From contig CAWGMQ010000008.1 in the NCBI GenBank assembly GCA_963823665.1, forward strand, positions 1,632,001 through 1,696,000: 64,000 nucleotides of DNA, read 5' to 3'. How positions within the stretch are numbered: position 1 is the stretch's first letter; each line of letters begins with the position of its first letter. The position numbers and the translations under genes are program-made. This DNA comes from an uncultured Planctomycetota bacterium (GTDB lineage Bacteria > Planctomycetota > Planctomycetia > Isosphaerales > Isosphaeraceae). A model generated the notes under the pieces. That model was not told where the DNA came from. It saw only the letters and a program-made list of their open reading frames with translations, and did no database searches. Below are positions 31,101 through 43,100 of the stretch, piece after piece.

Positions 31101-31250
31101 AGTGCGGTCGTGAAGGCGAAGGGCGGCCCGCGCAATTATGTTCTTCTGGAAGAGCTGAATACGCGGCCACGGACAAGTTATCTGGCGAAGCTACGCAATC
31201 CCAACCCCGAGATCGAGGCGAGCGAACGCCATGAATCGCAGCGATCCTGA
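28171..31250 (+). CDS. actB: Alternative complex III molybdopterin-like/4Fe-4S subunit (several frameshifts)
   Basis: WRSLEELA, GRPIKIEGNPAHP, LYDPDRSQ, RLYVVES, NSGWLQELP, CIGCAACVVAC, CMHCEKAPC, CVGTRYCSNNCPYKVRRFN, EKCTYC. Confidence 0.88.
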
Positions 31251-32652
31251 ACCAGCCGACAGCGCGGCTCGAGTGCCGATTCTGGCGCCGGGGCATACGT
31301 ATGCCACGGTGACGGACAAGATCAGCGCGCTCGTGCTGGTGCGACCGTACAACTGGCGATGGTTCTTGGGCATGGCGATCGGCTTCTTCCTGACGATGGT
31401 CCTGTTCACGTCGCTCACCGTGTTGCTCTTGCGCGGGGTGGGGATCTGGGGAATCGATGTCCCGGTGATGTGGGGTTTTGCGATCGTCAATTTCGTGTGG
31501 TGGATCGGGATCGGCCATGCTGGCACGCTGATCTCGGCGATCCTGCTGTTGCTCAAGCAGGATTGGCGGACGTCGATCAACCGCTTTGCCGAGGCGATGA
31601 CGCTCTTCGCCGTCGCGTGCGCGGGGCTATTCCCACTCTTCCACATGGGGCGGCCCTGGCTTTTTTACTGGTTGACGCCATACCCGAATACGATGGGGCT
31701 CTGGCCGCAGTGGCGCAGCCCGCTCGTATGGGACGTATTCGCCGTCTCCACGTACGCGACGGTTTCGCTCTTATTCTGGTACGTCGGCCTGATTCCCGAT
31801 CTGGCGACGCTCAGGGACCGGGCCAAGAATCGCTGGGCACAATTTATCTACGGATTCCTGGCGATGGGCTGGCGAGGGTCGGCGCGGCACTGGCATCGCT
31901 ACAAGACGGCGTACCTGCTTCTGGCGGGGCTGGCGACACCGCTGGTCGTTTCGGTGCATACCATCGTGGCCTTCGACTTCACGATCGCCATACTGCCAGG
32001 CTGGCATTCGACGATTTTCCCGCCGTACTTCGTGGCGGGGGCGATCTTCTCGGGGTTTGCCATGGTGATCACGCTGGCAATTCCCTTGCGGAGAGCGTTT
32101 GGTCTGGAAGATTTCATCACGAGCCGGCACCTGGAAAACATGGCCAAGGTCATGCTCGCGACCGGAATGATCGTGGCTTATGGATATATGATGGAAGCGT
32201 TCTCGGCCTGGTACGGGAACAATACGTTCGAGAAATTCGTGTTGCTCAAGAATCGGCCGACGGGGCCTTACGCACACACTTACTGGATGATGATGACCTG
32301 CAATGTCTTCATCCCGCAGTTGCTGTGGTCGGCCTGGGTGCGGCGGAACGTGCAGCTTTTATGGCTGATTTCGATCGCGGTGAATATCGGCATGTGGCTC
32401 GAGCGCTATGTGATCGTGATCACGAGCCTGCACCGCGATTATCTACCATCGTCCTGGAGCATGTACCACGGAACGATCTGGGATTACGCGACGTTCTACG
32501 GCACGCTCGGCCTGTTCCTCACGCTGATCTTCTTGTTCATCCGCTTCCTGCCGGTGATCTCGATCACGGAGATGCGCGAGCTGGTTTACGAGACGCAACC
32601 GGAGGGAGGGCAGGGCGGTCATCCGGCTACGGCGAAGGAGGCCGCACCATGA
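31231..32652 (+). CDS. actC: Alternative complex III NrfD-family membrane subunit
   Basis: NFVWWIGIGHAGTLISA, WRTSINRFAEAMT, SPLVWDVFAVSTY, PGWHSTIFPPYFVAGA. Confidence 0.93.
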   Translation: MNRSDPEPADSAARVPILAPGHTYATVTDKISALVLVRPYNWRWFLGMAIGFFLTMVLFTSLTVLLLRGVGIWGIDVPVMWGFAIVNFVWWIGIGHAGTLISAILLLLKQDWRTSINRFAEAMTLFAVACAGLFPLFHMGRPWLFYWLTPYPNTMGLWPQWRSPLVWDVFAVSTYATVSLLFWYVGLIPDLATLRDRAKNRWAQFIYGFLAMGWRGSARHWHRYKTAYLLLAGLATPLVVSVHTIVAFDFTIAILPGWHSTIFPPYFVAGAIFSGFAMVITLAIPLRRAFGLEDFITSRHLENMAKVMLATGMIVAYGYMMEAFSAWYGNNTFEKFVLLKNRPTGPYAHTYWMMMTCNVFIPQLLWSAWVRRNVQLLWLISIAVNIGMWLERYVIVITSLHRDYLPSSWSMYHGTIWDYATFYGTLGLFLTLIFLFIRFLPVISITEMRELVYETQPEGGQGGHPATAKEAAP

Positions 32653-33198
32653 CGACTCGAGCGGCTGATCCGGCTGTGTATGGTCTCCTGGCGGAATTCG
32701 ATAAGCCGGAGGACGTGGTCGCGGCGACTCGAGACGCTTACGCGGCCGGCTACCGGTTCATGGATGCGTACACTCCGTTTCCCGTGGAGGGGCTGGCCGA
32801 GGCGCTTGGGTTTCATCGCGACGGGATCGCGCGGATTGTCTTGCTGGGCGGGCTCTTTGGCGGTCTCGGGGGGTTTTTCATGTTGTGGTACTCGTCCGTG
32901 GTCCACTTCCCGCTTGATATCGGCGGGCGCCCTTATAATAGCTGGCCGGCGTTCATGCCGATCACATTCGAGCTCACGATCCTGGTGGCTGCTGTTTCGG
33001 CGGTGCTCGGGATGCTGGCGCTTCAACGGACTGCCGCGGCCGCATCATCCTGTGTTCAACGTGCCGGACTTTGCGCTGGCGTCGCGCAACCGGTTCTTTC
33101 TGTGCTTGCAGGCGCGCGACCCGCTATTTGACGTCGATCGATCTCGAGTGTTCCTGCAGGAACGAGCCCCACGGACGATTTCTATTGTGCCCCATTGA
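32649..33198 (+). CDS. actD: Alternative complex III subunit D (DUF3341), frameshift near 33022
   Basis: GLLAEF, DAYTPFPVEG, IGGRP..SWPAFMPITFELTIL, then NGLPRPHHPVF in the next frame. Confidence 0.85.
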
Positions 33199-33211
33199 CT
33201 GACCGCTCGAC

Positions 33212-33817
33212 ATGAGTAGATCACCGATGAGTCGCTCAACTTCGGCTTGGTTGTTTCTGGCGACGCTCGTGCTGTGCGGATGCCGCAGCGAGATGTACGA
33301 CCAGCCGCGCTACAAGCCTTATCATTCGAGCGGGTTCTTTTCCGACGGCACCTCGGCGCGCCCGCTGGTTGCCGGCACGGTTCCGCAACGGGATAGGAAG
33401 GAGCTGGGCAAAGCGTCGGCGGAGCATTTCGACACCGGCAAGATTGCGGGTGTGCTCGCGGAGACCCTGCCATTTCCAGTCGATCGCGCGGTCCTCGAGC
33501 GGGGGCAGGATCGCTTTCGTATTTTCTGCACGCCTTGCCACGGCGAGCTGGGCAACGGCCGGGGAATGATCGTCCGGCGCGGTTTCAACCCTCCGCCGAG
33601 CTTTCACAGCGACGAGCTGCGGAAGCAGCCCGTCGGCCATTACTTCGACGTGATGACCCGAGGCTTCGGCACGATGTATTCCTATGCGTCGCGCATCGCG
33701 GCCAAGGACCGCTGGGCGATTGCGGCTTATATCCGAGCGCTGCAATTGAGCCAGAATGCGCGGGTCTCGGAGCTATCGCCCGATGATCGCGGTGTGCTCG
33801 AGGAGGGCGCTCGATGA
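33212..33817 (+). CDS. actE: Alternative complex III monoheme cytochrome c lipoprotein
   Basis: Lipobox LCGC, MYDQP, CTPCH, DRWAIAAYIRALQ. Confidence 0.88.
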   Translation: MSRSPMSRSTSAWLFLATLVLCGCRSEMYDQPRYKPYHSSGFFSDGTSARPLVAGTVPQRDRKELGKASAEHFDTGKIAGVLAETLPFPVDRAVLERGQDRFRIFCTPCHGELGNGRGMIVRRGFNPPPSFHSDELRKQPVGHYFDVMTRGFGTMYSYASRIAAKDRWAIAAYIRALQLSQNARVSELSPDDRGVLEEGAR

Positions 33818-35031
33818 CACTGCTCTCCGATCATGACATGAGCTGCGGGCCGGAGCTGAGGCGGCGCCTGGACGTTTTGCAAACTCGAGCCTTGGTGGCG
33901 GGAGGTGCGGGTCTGGCGCTTGCTCTCGGCGGTTGGGTGCTCTGGCCGCGGCAGATTTTCGCAGCCTACCTGGTGGGGTATCTGTTCTGGCTGGGTATCG
34001 TGCTGGGCTCGCTCGGCCTGACGATGCTGCACCACCTGGTCGGCGGCTCGTGGGGGCTTGTGATCCGGCGGCCGCTCGAGGCGGGTGCCGCGACGGTGCC
34101 GCTCATGGCTCTGCTTATTCGTGCCGGTTGCGCTCGGCATGCCGACGCTCTATCCCTGGGCGCGGGCCGGAGCGGCCGAGCACGTCGGCGCTCATCTGAG
34201 GGAGGCCTACTTGAACGAGCCGTTACTTCCTGGCGCGGGCGGCCGGCTACTTCGGCGTATGGACCGCACTCGGGTTCATGCTGGCCGGGTGGTCGAGCCG
34301 GCAGGACCGTACGAGCGACCATCGGCCGAGCGGACGACTTCAGCGCATGAGCGGGCCGGGGACGGTGATTCTGTTTGCCGCGAGCACATTCGCTGCGGTG
34401 GACTGGGTGATGTCGCTCGAGGCGCCGTGGACGTCGACCATTTTCGGCGCGATGTTGATCACCGGCGAAGCGATGGCGACCTTTGCCGCGATGATCGTCG
34501 TGACCGCCTTCTTGAAAACCGGCAAGCCGATGTCCGAGATTGCGACGCCGGAGCGGCTCAATGACCTGGGAAACCTTCAACTGGCTTTTGTGATGTTGTG
34601 GGCTTACATGTCGTTTTGCCAGTACCTGATCATCTGGAGCGGCAACTTGACCGAGGAGATTCCCTGGTATCTGAAGCGAACCCGCGGTGGCTGGGAATGG
34701 GTGGCGCTTGCCTTGATCGTCTGCCAGTTTTTCCTTCCCTTCTTCCTGCTTCTCATTCGCGAAAACAAGCGGCATTCCCGGTCACTGCTGGGTGTGTGTC
34801 TGCTCATTCTGCTTTTGCACTGGGTCGATCTGGTGTGGCTGGTGGTCCCGGCTTCTTCCGACGCGGCGAGCCCGCGGATTCCCTGGACCTGAGACTTGCT
34901 TGAGCGCAGTGACGCTCGTGGGTGTGGGCGGAATCTGGGTTGCGGCTTTCGTGGCGCGGCTGAAGCGCTTGCCGCTCGTGCCACTCAACGATCCCAGCTT
35001 GCTCAGAGCGCTCGAACACGCGGGAGCATGA
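33814..35031 (+). CDS. actF: Alternative complex III subunit F (frameshifted)
   Basis: DWVMSLEAPWTSTIFG, NDLGNL..AFVMLWAYMSFCQYLIIWSGNL.EEIPWY; shifts near 34120, 34225 and 34890. Confidence 0.82.
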
Positions 35032-35532
35032 CGAACGTGGATGACGCACAACCGCAGGCCCGATTGCTGCCTGACTCGAAAACTGCCCACGAAGCGCAAC
35101 AGGCTGAAGGTGCGCGGCCTGGTCTGGTTCGCCACTGGACTTGTGGTCGTGACGGTGCTGGTTCTGGGGGCGATGGCGCTCGTGATGCGGGGCTTAACCC
35201 CTGAAGAGAGAGACCTCGAAGCGCTGGCTCCACCCCGATTTGCGGGGGACACCGGCGAGTACCCTGCGCCCAGGATCCAGGCAGACCCAGCGGTCGAGCT
35301 CGATGAGATGAAAGCGGAAGATCTCGGCCGGCTGAACACGTACGGATGGATCGATCGCAAGACGGGCATCGCTCATATTCCGGTCGACCGCGCGATCGAC
35401 ATCCTGGCCAAGAAGGGGCTGCCGACTCCGGAAGAGCGGGGAGTAAAGCCTGGAGGGCCGGCGGAGAAGGACAGTTCTGGGGCGCGCAAGGAGCAGTCGA
35501 AACCGGAGGCTGGAGGGGAGCCCAGGCGATGA
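35028..35532 (+). CDS. Small membrane protein of ACIII operons (possibly ActG-like), frameshift near 35097
   Basis: One TM helix, P.PRIQ, LNTYGWID..GIAHIPVDRAI motif; position between actF and SCO. Confidence 0.65.
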
Positions 35533-36488
35533 GTATTTGCAGAATCAGATGCATGTTCTCTTCGCTGTCCATGGAGCGCCGGCGGCTTGCGCCGAGGCCC
35601 CACCGCGGCCCTGGGCGGCACCTCCCCCAGAGGGGGAGAGGGATGCTTGTGATCGCGATCACCCTTCTGGCGGTTGCCGCGCACGCCCAGCCGCCCTCGT
35701 CGAATCTGACCAAGGACGTCGGGTTTGACCAGATGCTCGGCGCCAAGCTTCCGCTCCAGGCGCGGTTTCGGGATGAATCGGGGCGCGAGCTCGCGCTGGG
35801 AGAGCTTTTCGGGAGGCGACCGGTGATCGTGGCGCCGGTGTATTACGGGTGCCCGTTGCTGTGCGGCCAGGTCTTGACCGGGCTGGCACGAGGGTTGAAG
35901 CCCTTCGCTCTGGAGGTGGGCAAGGATTTTGACGTGGTCGCCTTCAGCATCAATCCCGACGAAAGGCCCGCGCTCGCCGAATCGAAGCGGACGGCGTATG
36001 TTGAGCGTTATGACCGCCCGGGCACGGAATCGGGCTGGCATTTCTTGACTGGCGAGCAAGCCTCGATCACCGGTTTGTGCCGTGCGATCGGTTTTCGCTA
36101 CACCCAGGACCCGAGAACCAAGCTGTATACGCATGCCGCCGGGGTAGTCGTCGTGACGAGAGACGGGGTTGTTTCCCGCTATTTCTTCGGGATTGACTTC
36201 CCGCCCAAGGAGCTCGAGCGCGAGCTCAAGCAGGCCAGCGCCGGCCGCGTGGGCTCGCCGATCGGCCGGCTGCTGCTCTTCTGTTACGACTATGACCAGG
36301 CGACGGGGAAGTACACGCTTTCGATTTTGCGGCTGATCCGGGTGCTGGGCACGGCGACGGCCGTTTCGCTCGCGGGATTTCTGCTCGTGATGGTTCGCCG
36401 CGAAAGGCGTTGCCGACGTACGGCGATGCGAGAGGGTGGTCAAAACCAGGGTTCGATGGAGTTGCGGGGCGAAACCGAGGGTTCGTGA
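35529..36488 (+). CDS. SCO1/SenC copper chaperone
   Basis: YYGCPLLC, GWHFLTG, HAAG, SRYFFGI, LLFCYDYD..GKY; ATG overlaps the upstream stop; alternative start at 35643. Confidence 0.88.
   Translation: MSICRIRCMFSSLSMERRRLAPRPHRGPGRHLPQRGRGMLVIAITLLAVAAHAQPPSSNLTKDVGFDQMLGAKLPLQARFRDESGRELALGELFGRRPVIVAPVYYGCPLLCGQVLTGLARGLKPFALEVGKDFDVVAFSINPDERPALAESKRTAYVERYDRPGTESGWHFLTGEQASITGLCRAIGFRYTQDPRTKLYTHAAGVVVVTRDGVVSRYFFGIDFPPKELERELKQASAGRVGSPIGRLLLFCYDYDQATGKYTLSILRLIRVLGTATAVSLAGFLLVMVRRERRCRRTAMREGGQNQGSMELRGETEGS
35598..35642. repeat. REP-like palindrome within the SCO 5' region
   Basis: CCCCACCGCGGCCCTGGGCGGCACCTCCCCCAGAGGGGGAGAGGG resembles 12986-13025. Confidence 0.6.
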
Positions 36489-36509
36489 GCTCTCTGGAAG
36501 GTGGCGACA

Positions 36510-37459
36510 ATGTGGAACTTTCCCTTGTTTCCCGAGCAAGCGTCGAGCCTGGCGGGGCAGGTCGATGCGCTTTACCTGTTTGAGCTGGGCGTCGCCGGCT
36601 TTTTCACGGTGCTGATCTTTCTCTTGATCGTGAGCTTCGCGATTCGCTATCGCCGGCGGATGCGGGTGGACCGGTCAAATCCACCGACGGCGAGCAAGCT
36701 GCTGGAGGCGATCTGGATCGGCGTGCCGCTCTCGCTGGTCTGGTGATGTGCAGCCTGGGGGTCGCGCTCTTCTTCAAGGAGTACGACGCACCGGGCGACG
36801 CGCTCGACATCGCGGTGGTGGGCAAGCAGTGGATGTGGCATTTGCAGCATCCCGAGGGGCGGTCGGAGATCAACGAGCTGCACCTGCCGGTGGGAAGGGC
36901 GGTCAAGTTGACGATGATCTCGCACGACGTGATCCACAGCTTTTACGTCCCCGCGTTCCGGGTGAAGCAGGATGTGTTGCCCGGGCGCTACACGACGATG
37001 TGGTTCGAGCCGTCGAAAGTCGGGCGCTATCACCTCTTCTGCGCCGAGTATTGCGGAACGAACCACTCAACGATGCGGGGATCGGTCACGGTGATGGAGC
37101 CTGTCGACTTCGAGCGATGGCTGTCAGAGGGGGGTATTGGACCGTCGATGGCCGAGGAAGGGGAGCGGCTGTTCGTGCAGCATCACTGCGCGGGGTGCCA
37201 CCGCGGCAGCCAGACGGTGCACGCGCCAAAGCTGGAGGGGGTTTTCGGGCGGCCGGTGCCGATTCAGGAGGGTCGCGAGGTTCACTTCGTCACGGCTGAT
37301 GCCGCCTACATCCGCGATTCGATACTCAGGCCGAAGGCGCAGGTGGTGGCGGGATATGAGCCGGTCATGCCGTCGTTTCAGGACCAGATAGCCGAGCAGG
37401 ATCTCTTGAAAATCATCGCCTACATCAAATCGATCGGAGCGGAGGGCTCATCGCGATGA
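36510..37459 (+). CDS. coxB: Cytochrome c oxidase subunit II with fused cytochrome c (caa3), frameshift near 36742
   Basis: [24 protein letters not shown]uA site, C-terminal CAGCH. Confidence 0.9.
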
Positions 37460-39075
37460 GTGCTGCCGAGGCCACCTACCAGGAAGACTATCTGCAGGCG
37501 TACACGCTCAAGTCGTGGCTTTTGACCACGGACCACAAGCGGATCGGCCTGCTCTACATGGCTTCGATCACGTTCTTCTTCTTTGTTGGCGGGGCCGCGG
37601 CGACGGTGATGCGGCTGGAGCTGATGACGCCGCAGGGGGACGTTCTGCACTCGCCGGACGCGTACAACCGGCTCTTCACGATGCACGGCGTGGTGATGAT
37701 CTTCTTCTTCCTGATTCCGTCGATACCGGCGGTGATCGGCAATTTCCTGGTGCCGCTCATGATCGGTGCGAGGGACCTGGCCTTTCCGTGGCTCAATCTG
37801 CTTTCGTGGTACATTTACATGATCGGCGGGTCGATTGCGCTTTATATTTTGATTTTCGGCGGGATCGACACCGGCTGGACGTTCTATACGCCGTTTTCCA
37901 CGATGTTCTCGAACACGATGGTCGTGCCGGCGGCGACGGCGGTGTTCATCACGGGGTTTTCCTCGATTCTGACGGGGCTCAACTTCATCGTGACGATCCA
38001 CACGATGAGGACCACGGGAATGACCTGGTTTCGCCTGCCGCTCATGATCTGGTCGCTCTATGCGACCAGCCTGATCATGGTGCTGGGGACGCCGGTGCTG
38101 GCGATCGCGGTGGCCTTGGTCGCGGTGGAGCGGATGCTGCACGTCGGCATCTTCGACCCGGCCCTCGGGGGCGACCCGATCCTGTTCCAGCATCTCTTCT
38201 GGTTCTATTCGCACCCGGCGGTGTACATCATGGTGCTGCCGGGGATGGGGGTGGTCAGCGAAATTGTGCCGTGCTTCTGCCGGCGGCCAATCTTCGGATA
38301 CCGGCTGATTGCGTTTTCGAGCATGGGGATCGCCGTGCTGGGCTTTCTGGTGTGGGGACACCACATGTTCGTGTCGGGGCAGTCGATGTACGCCGGGATG
38401 GTCTTCTCGGTCTTGAGCTTCCTGGTGGCGATTCCGTCGGCGATCAAGGTCTTCAACTGGACGGCGACGATGTACAAGGGTTCGATCCGGCTGGATACGC
38501 CGATGCTCTACGCGCTGGGGTTCATCGGCCTTTTCACGTTGGGCGGGCTCACGGGGCTGATGCTGGCGACGCTGGCGATCGACGTGCATGTGCACGACAC
38601 GTATTTCGTGGTCGCGCATTTCCACTACATCATGGTGGGAGGCGCTGTGATGGCCTACATGGGGGCGATTCATTTCTGGTGGCCGAAGATGAGCGGGCGG
38701 ATGTACTCGGAGCTATTCGGCAAGCTGTCGGCGCTGGTGGTCTTCGTGGGCTTCAACCTGACTTTTTTCCCGCAGTTCGTGCTCGGCTATCTGGGCATGC
38801 CGCGGCGCTATTATGAATATCCGGCTGAGTTTCAAGTGCTGAATGTGATGTCGACGGCCGGGGCTTCGATTCTGGCCGTGGGTTATGTTTTGCCGCTTGT
38901 CTATCTGCTGCTCTCGCTGCGCAAGCCGCCGAACGCGGGCCCGAACCCTTGGAACGCAACGGGGCTCGAGTGGCAGACCGATTCGCCACCGCCGGTGCAC
39001 AACTTCGAGGAAGTTCCGGTGGTGACGTGCGGCCCGTACGCTTATTCTCCCGAAGCTGCCGAAGGCGCGACCTGA
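37456..39075 (+). CDS. coxA: Cytochrome c oxidase subunit I, A2 type
   Basis: [46 protein letters not shown]. Confidence 0.95.
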   Translation: MSAAEATYQEDYLQAYTLKSWLLTTDHKRIGLLYMASITFFFFVGGAAATVMRLELMTPQGDVLHSPDAYNRLFTMHGVVMIFFFLIPSIPAVIGNFLVPLMIGARDLAFPWLNLLSWYIYMIGGSIALYILIFGGIDTGWTFYTPFSTMFSNTMVVPAATAVFITGFSSILTGLNFIVTIHTMRTTGMTWFRLPLMIWSLYATSLIMVLGTPVLAIAVALVAVERMLHVGIFDPALGGDPILFQHLFWFYSHPAVYIMVLPGMGVVSEIVPCFCRRPIFGYRLIAFSSMGIAVLGFLVWGHHMFVSGQSMYAGMVFSVLSFLVAIPSAIKVFNWTATMYKGSIRLDTPMLYALGFIGLFTLGGLTGLMLATLAIDVHVHDTYFVVAHFHYIMVGGAVMAYMGAIHFWWPKMSGRMYSELFGKLSALVVFVGFNLTFFPQFVLGYLGMPRRYYEYPAEFQVLNVMSTAGASILAVGYVLPLVYLLLSLRKPPNAGPNPWNATGLEWQTDSPPPVHNFEEVPVVTCGPYAYSPEAAEGAT

Positions 39076-39076
39076 G

Positions 39077-39791
39077 ATGACCATCGGATCGCAGACAACC
39101 GAGCGAGGTGCCGGCGCGGAAGACGAGCCGATCCTGTCGCACCAGTTTGACGACGTGGAGCAGCAGAGCGAGGCCTCCACGCTGGGGATGTGGCTGTTCC
39201 TGGCGACCGAGGTGATGTTCTTCGGGGGCCTCTTGACAGCTTTCGCGGTGTATCGCACGACTTCACCGGAAGCTGTGGCGCTGGCGAGCCGGCATTTGAA
39301 CGTGTGGCTCGGGTGCCTGAATACGGTGGTGCTGCTGTACGAGCAGCTTGACCATGGCGATGGCCGTGCGAGCGGCCCAGTTGCGGCAACACCGGCCGCT
39401 TCTCTTCTGGCTGGTTGCGACGATGGTGCTTGGCACCGGATTCCTGGGGATCAAGGCCATTGAGTACACGCAGGAATATCACGAGCAATTGATCCCCGGC
39501 TGGAACTTTCAGGTGCCAGAAGATGACCGGCCGCTGGTCGAGCAAGAACACGTTGACCCGCGGCGCATGGAGATGTTCTTTGTGCTCTATTTCTTCATGA
39601 CAGGACTGCATGCCGTGCACCTGATCATCGGCATCGGATTGCTCGGGGTGATGGCTTATCTTTCGTGGAAGCGGTGGTTCTCCGGAGGGGGTGCCGTGCA
39701 GATCGAGGTGACGGGGTTGTACTGGCACTTTGTGGACGTGGTCTGGGTGTTTCTCTATCCGCTGCTCTACTTGATTGACGTCTACCGATGA
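39077..39791 (+). CDS. coxC: Cytochrome c oxidase subunit III, frameshift near 39340
   Basis: GMWLFLATEVMFFGGL; TGLHAVH; GLYWHFVDVVW. Confidence 0.88.
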
Positions 39792-40087
39792 AACAGCACG
39801 TGGCGACCGTTCGCACCAATATCGTAATTTATGTGCTCTTGCTGCTGCTTCTGCTGGCGACGGTGGGGGCTGCGTACATCCCGATGGGGCCGCTGAATTT
39901 TCCGCTGGCGATGGCCATTGCCGCAACGAAGGCGGTGCTCATCGTGTTGTTTTTCATGCATGCGCTCCATAGCCATCGGCTCACGCTGGTGATCGCTGTT
40001 GCGTCGCTCTTGTGGCTGGCGATCATGATTGCGCTGACCTTGAGCGACTATCATTCGCGAGGGTGGCTCGATATACCCGGGAAGTGA
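39788..40087 (+). CDS. coxD: Cytochrome c oxidase subunit IV family protein
   Basis: 3 TM; KAVLIVLFFMH; LTLSDY. Confidence 0.85.
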   Translation: MKQHVATVRTNIVIYVLLLLLLLATVGAAYIPMGPLNFPLAMAIAATKAVLIVLFFMHALHSHRLTLVIAVASLLWLAIMIALTLSDYHSRGWLDIPGK

Positions 40088-40160
40088 CGTGTGGTAAGCT
40101 GACCGGCGTGTGATGCGCGGATCGCACGCACTGCGTCCGAGGCGGGCGACGGGAGTTGAA

Positions 40161-43100
40161 ATGAGGCATCTTCGAATCGGTATAGCGTGCGTCGCCACGA
40201 TCCTTGTCGTGTCGATCACGGAATCAATCGCGGCTGATTCCGCGAATCTGCTGGCTGACCCATCGTTTGAACAGCCGAAAGATCGCGATCAGTTTGGTCT
40301 GGTCTTCGCCAAATGGGGTGGGTGGAAATACGAGGGAGACTGCGAGTTCCGAGTCGGTGACTTGGGGCACATCGGCAAACACTCGTGCCTGCTTTCAGGT
40401 GGCGTGGGAGCCAAGATCCGGATCACTCAGAATGTCGAGCTGGAGCCTGGGCGGTATCAGGTTACGGCTTACCTGAGAGGGCTTGATATCACCACGGGGA
40501 CATACAACGCGTCGACCGAATTCATGTTCGACGGGAAGTACATTCAACTGAACAAGCGAGGGACGTTCGGGTGGAGCAAGCTCACCTATGTGGGCGAGAT
40601 CAAGGAGAAGAAGCAGGCCGGGCCGTCGTTCGGACTGTTTGCACCGGGGTTTCTCTGGATCGATGACGTGACGCTCGAACGGGTGGGCCAGGACGTGGCT
40701 CTCACGGAGGCGCCTGTATTTGGCGGTGAAGAGAGCCCGATTGCACCGCCAGGCGAGCTGTCAGGGGAAGCCGTGCGTTGCTCGCAGTGCGGGTACCGGA
40801 ACAACGCGACGTGGAAGATGTGCTATGCCTGTGGGGTTGCGCTCGAGTTGAAGGCGGCGAGTGCGGCGGGGCCAAAGGTCAAGCTCATCGCGACGTTTGA
40901 GAGCGGCAACCCATTCTCAGGCGGCGAGGTGGTCGGTGCGCACGCGAGCGAAGGGCGGAAGGCGCTGCGCGTGGAAAAGGGGTATGCCAGCCTCGAACAA
41001 GCGCAGGATTGGCTGGGGTATGATTTCCTCAAGGCTGACCTTTTCGTGGAGGGACGAAAACCGCTCAATCTTTACGTCGAGATACGCGACTCGGCAACGG
41101 ACGGTTACTGGACCCGGGTCAATTATTCGACGGTCGTGCCGCCGGGAAAAAGCACGTTGATCATCCCGGTGAAGCAACTTTATGTGGGTGAGAAATCGCG
41201 GCCAGGGCGGATGCTCATCCTGAACGCAATTACCAGGCTCGTCTTCGGGGTCGGCGATCAACCGCCAGCGCCGCTCTTCATCGACAACCTTCGTCTGGAA
41301 CGCGACGATGCGCCCGAAAAGGTGAGATTCGACGGCCTTTTTGCGTTCGACTTCGGCACGGGCACGAGCCCTCTCATGGAGGGGTTCACACCGATCACGC
41401 CCGCGACAGAGTACAGTCGCGGCCGGGGATACGGGCTCAAGGATGCGCGGATCTGGCGGGCCTTTGATGCATTGCAACCGGAGCCGCTGTATCAGGACTT
41501 CATCTGCATCGAGGCGGGGGGCCTCGCCGTGGATGTGCCGAATGGCCGTTATCGCGTGTTCGTCAACATCGACAGTCCATCGGGGTTCTGGGGAGAGTCT
41601 CAGACCTACCGCCAGCGTACGATTGTGGCCGAAGGGATTCCGGTCGTGCGCGAAGGGATGGATTTCGACGCATTCCGGAAGAAGTACTTCCGGTTCTGGA
41701 ATGTCGAGGATTTGCCGAGCGACAACACGTTTGACAAGTATCAGAAGGCCTATTTCCGAGAGAAGCGGTTCGACGTCGACGTGAAAGACGGGCAGTTGAA
41801 CCTGGAATTTCAGGGAGAGAACTGGGGCTGCTCGGTGTCGGCGGTGGTGATCTTTCCGGTGACGAAGGCGGCGACGGGCGAAGCGTTTCTCAAATACGCG
41901 GAAGGGCGGCGCCGATTTTACTTCGACAATTACTTCAAGCGCGTTCTTCCGGAGCCGAGCGGCGAGCCAGTGCTGCCGACCGCGGAGGACCGACGCCGCG
42001 GGTTCGTTGCCTTTCAGCGCGACTCGATGGAAGACGTCTCGTACAACGATACGCCCAGAAAGAAAGACATCGTCGATCGCGTGAGAGGCGAGGCCTTCGC
42101 GGGTGAATACGAGCCGATGACCGTGGCGCTGTTGCCGCTGCGCGGCATGGGCAAGGTTCACGCGAGCGTGAGCGACCTTGCGGGGGAGAGCTCGACGATT
42201 CCGGCGTCGGCGGTTGATCTTGGTTACGTCTCGTATCGCCTCAGCCGGGTGACGTCCGAGGGGACCGTGTACACGATCGCGCCGCGGCTGATCATGCCCG
42301 GAGGTGATGTGGAAATGCCACAAGGTCTCACGCGGCGCTTCTGGATGACGGTCAAGACACCGCCAACGGCGCGTCCGGGGCTATACAAGGGGACGCTGTC
42401 GATTCGCGCCGAAGGCGGCGGCGCTTCGCGCATCCCGCTAGAATTCCGGGTGCGGTCGGGGAAGCTGCTTGCCGTCGACATTCCTGCCGGCCCGTTCGGT
42501 TACACGACGGGGATTCCCTGGTTTGGCGAGGACGCCAAGGCGGCGGCGTTCAATCAGCAGATGGTGAGAAAAAGTTTGCAGAAGATGCGCGATCATGGAT
42601 TCACAGCTTGCAGCGGGCTGCCGTCGATCGCGTACGGAGGATTCAACCAGGGTAAGCCGGTACTGGATTTCAGGGCGGCTGACGCGTCGATGAAACTGCT
42701 CAAGTCGCTGGGATTCCTGGGTGTGAGCAGCTATGGCGGCGGCGTTTCAGGGTTTGACGCCTACCATCAGGATTCGGGTGCGATGGGATCGGCAGGCGTC
42801 ACGGAATACTCGGCTTTCGTCAAGGCGATCTATTCGCAGGTGCAGCGGCATGCGGTGCAGCAGGATTGGATTCCAGTCTATTACAATCTGGCTGATGAGC
42901 CGATCGGCGATGAATTGATTCGCTCGGCGGAAAACGCGGAAGCGTACCGGAAGGCTTTTCCGAAGGGGCCGCCTTTCTTCACGGGGGCGAGCAGCTTGAC
43001 CGGCACCAATCGAGACGATCCTCATTTCCGTCTGGCCAAGGCACTGAACGTGGTTTCGTGGAACGACCACGATGAGGCTTCGGTGAAGTTATTGCACAGC

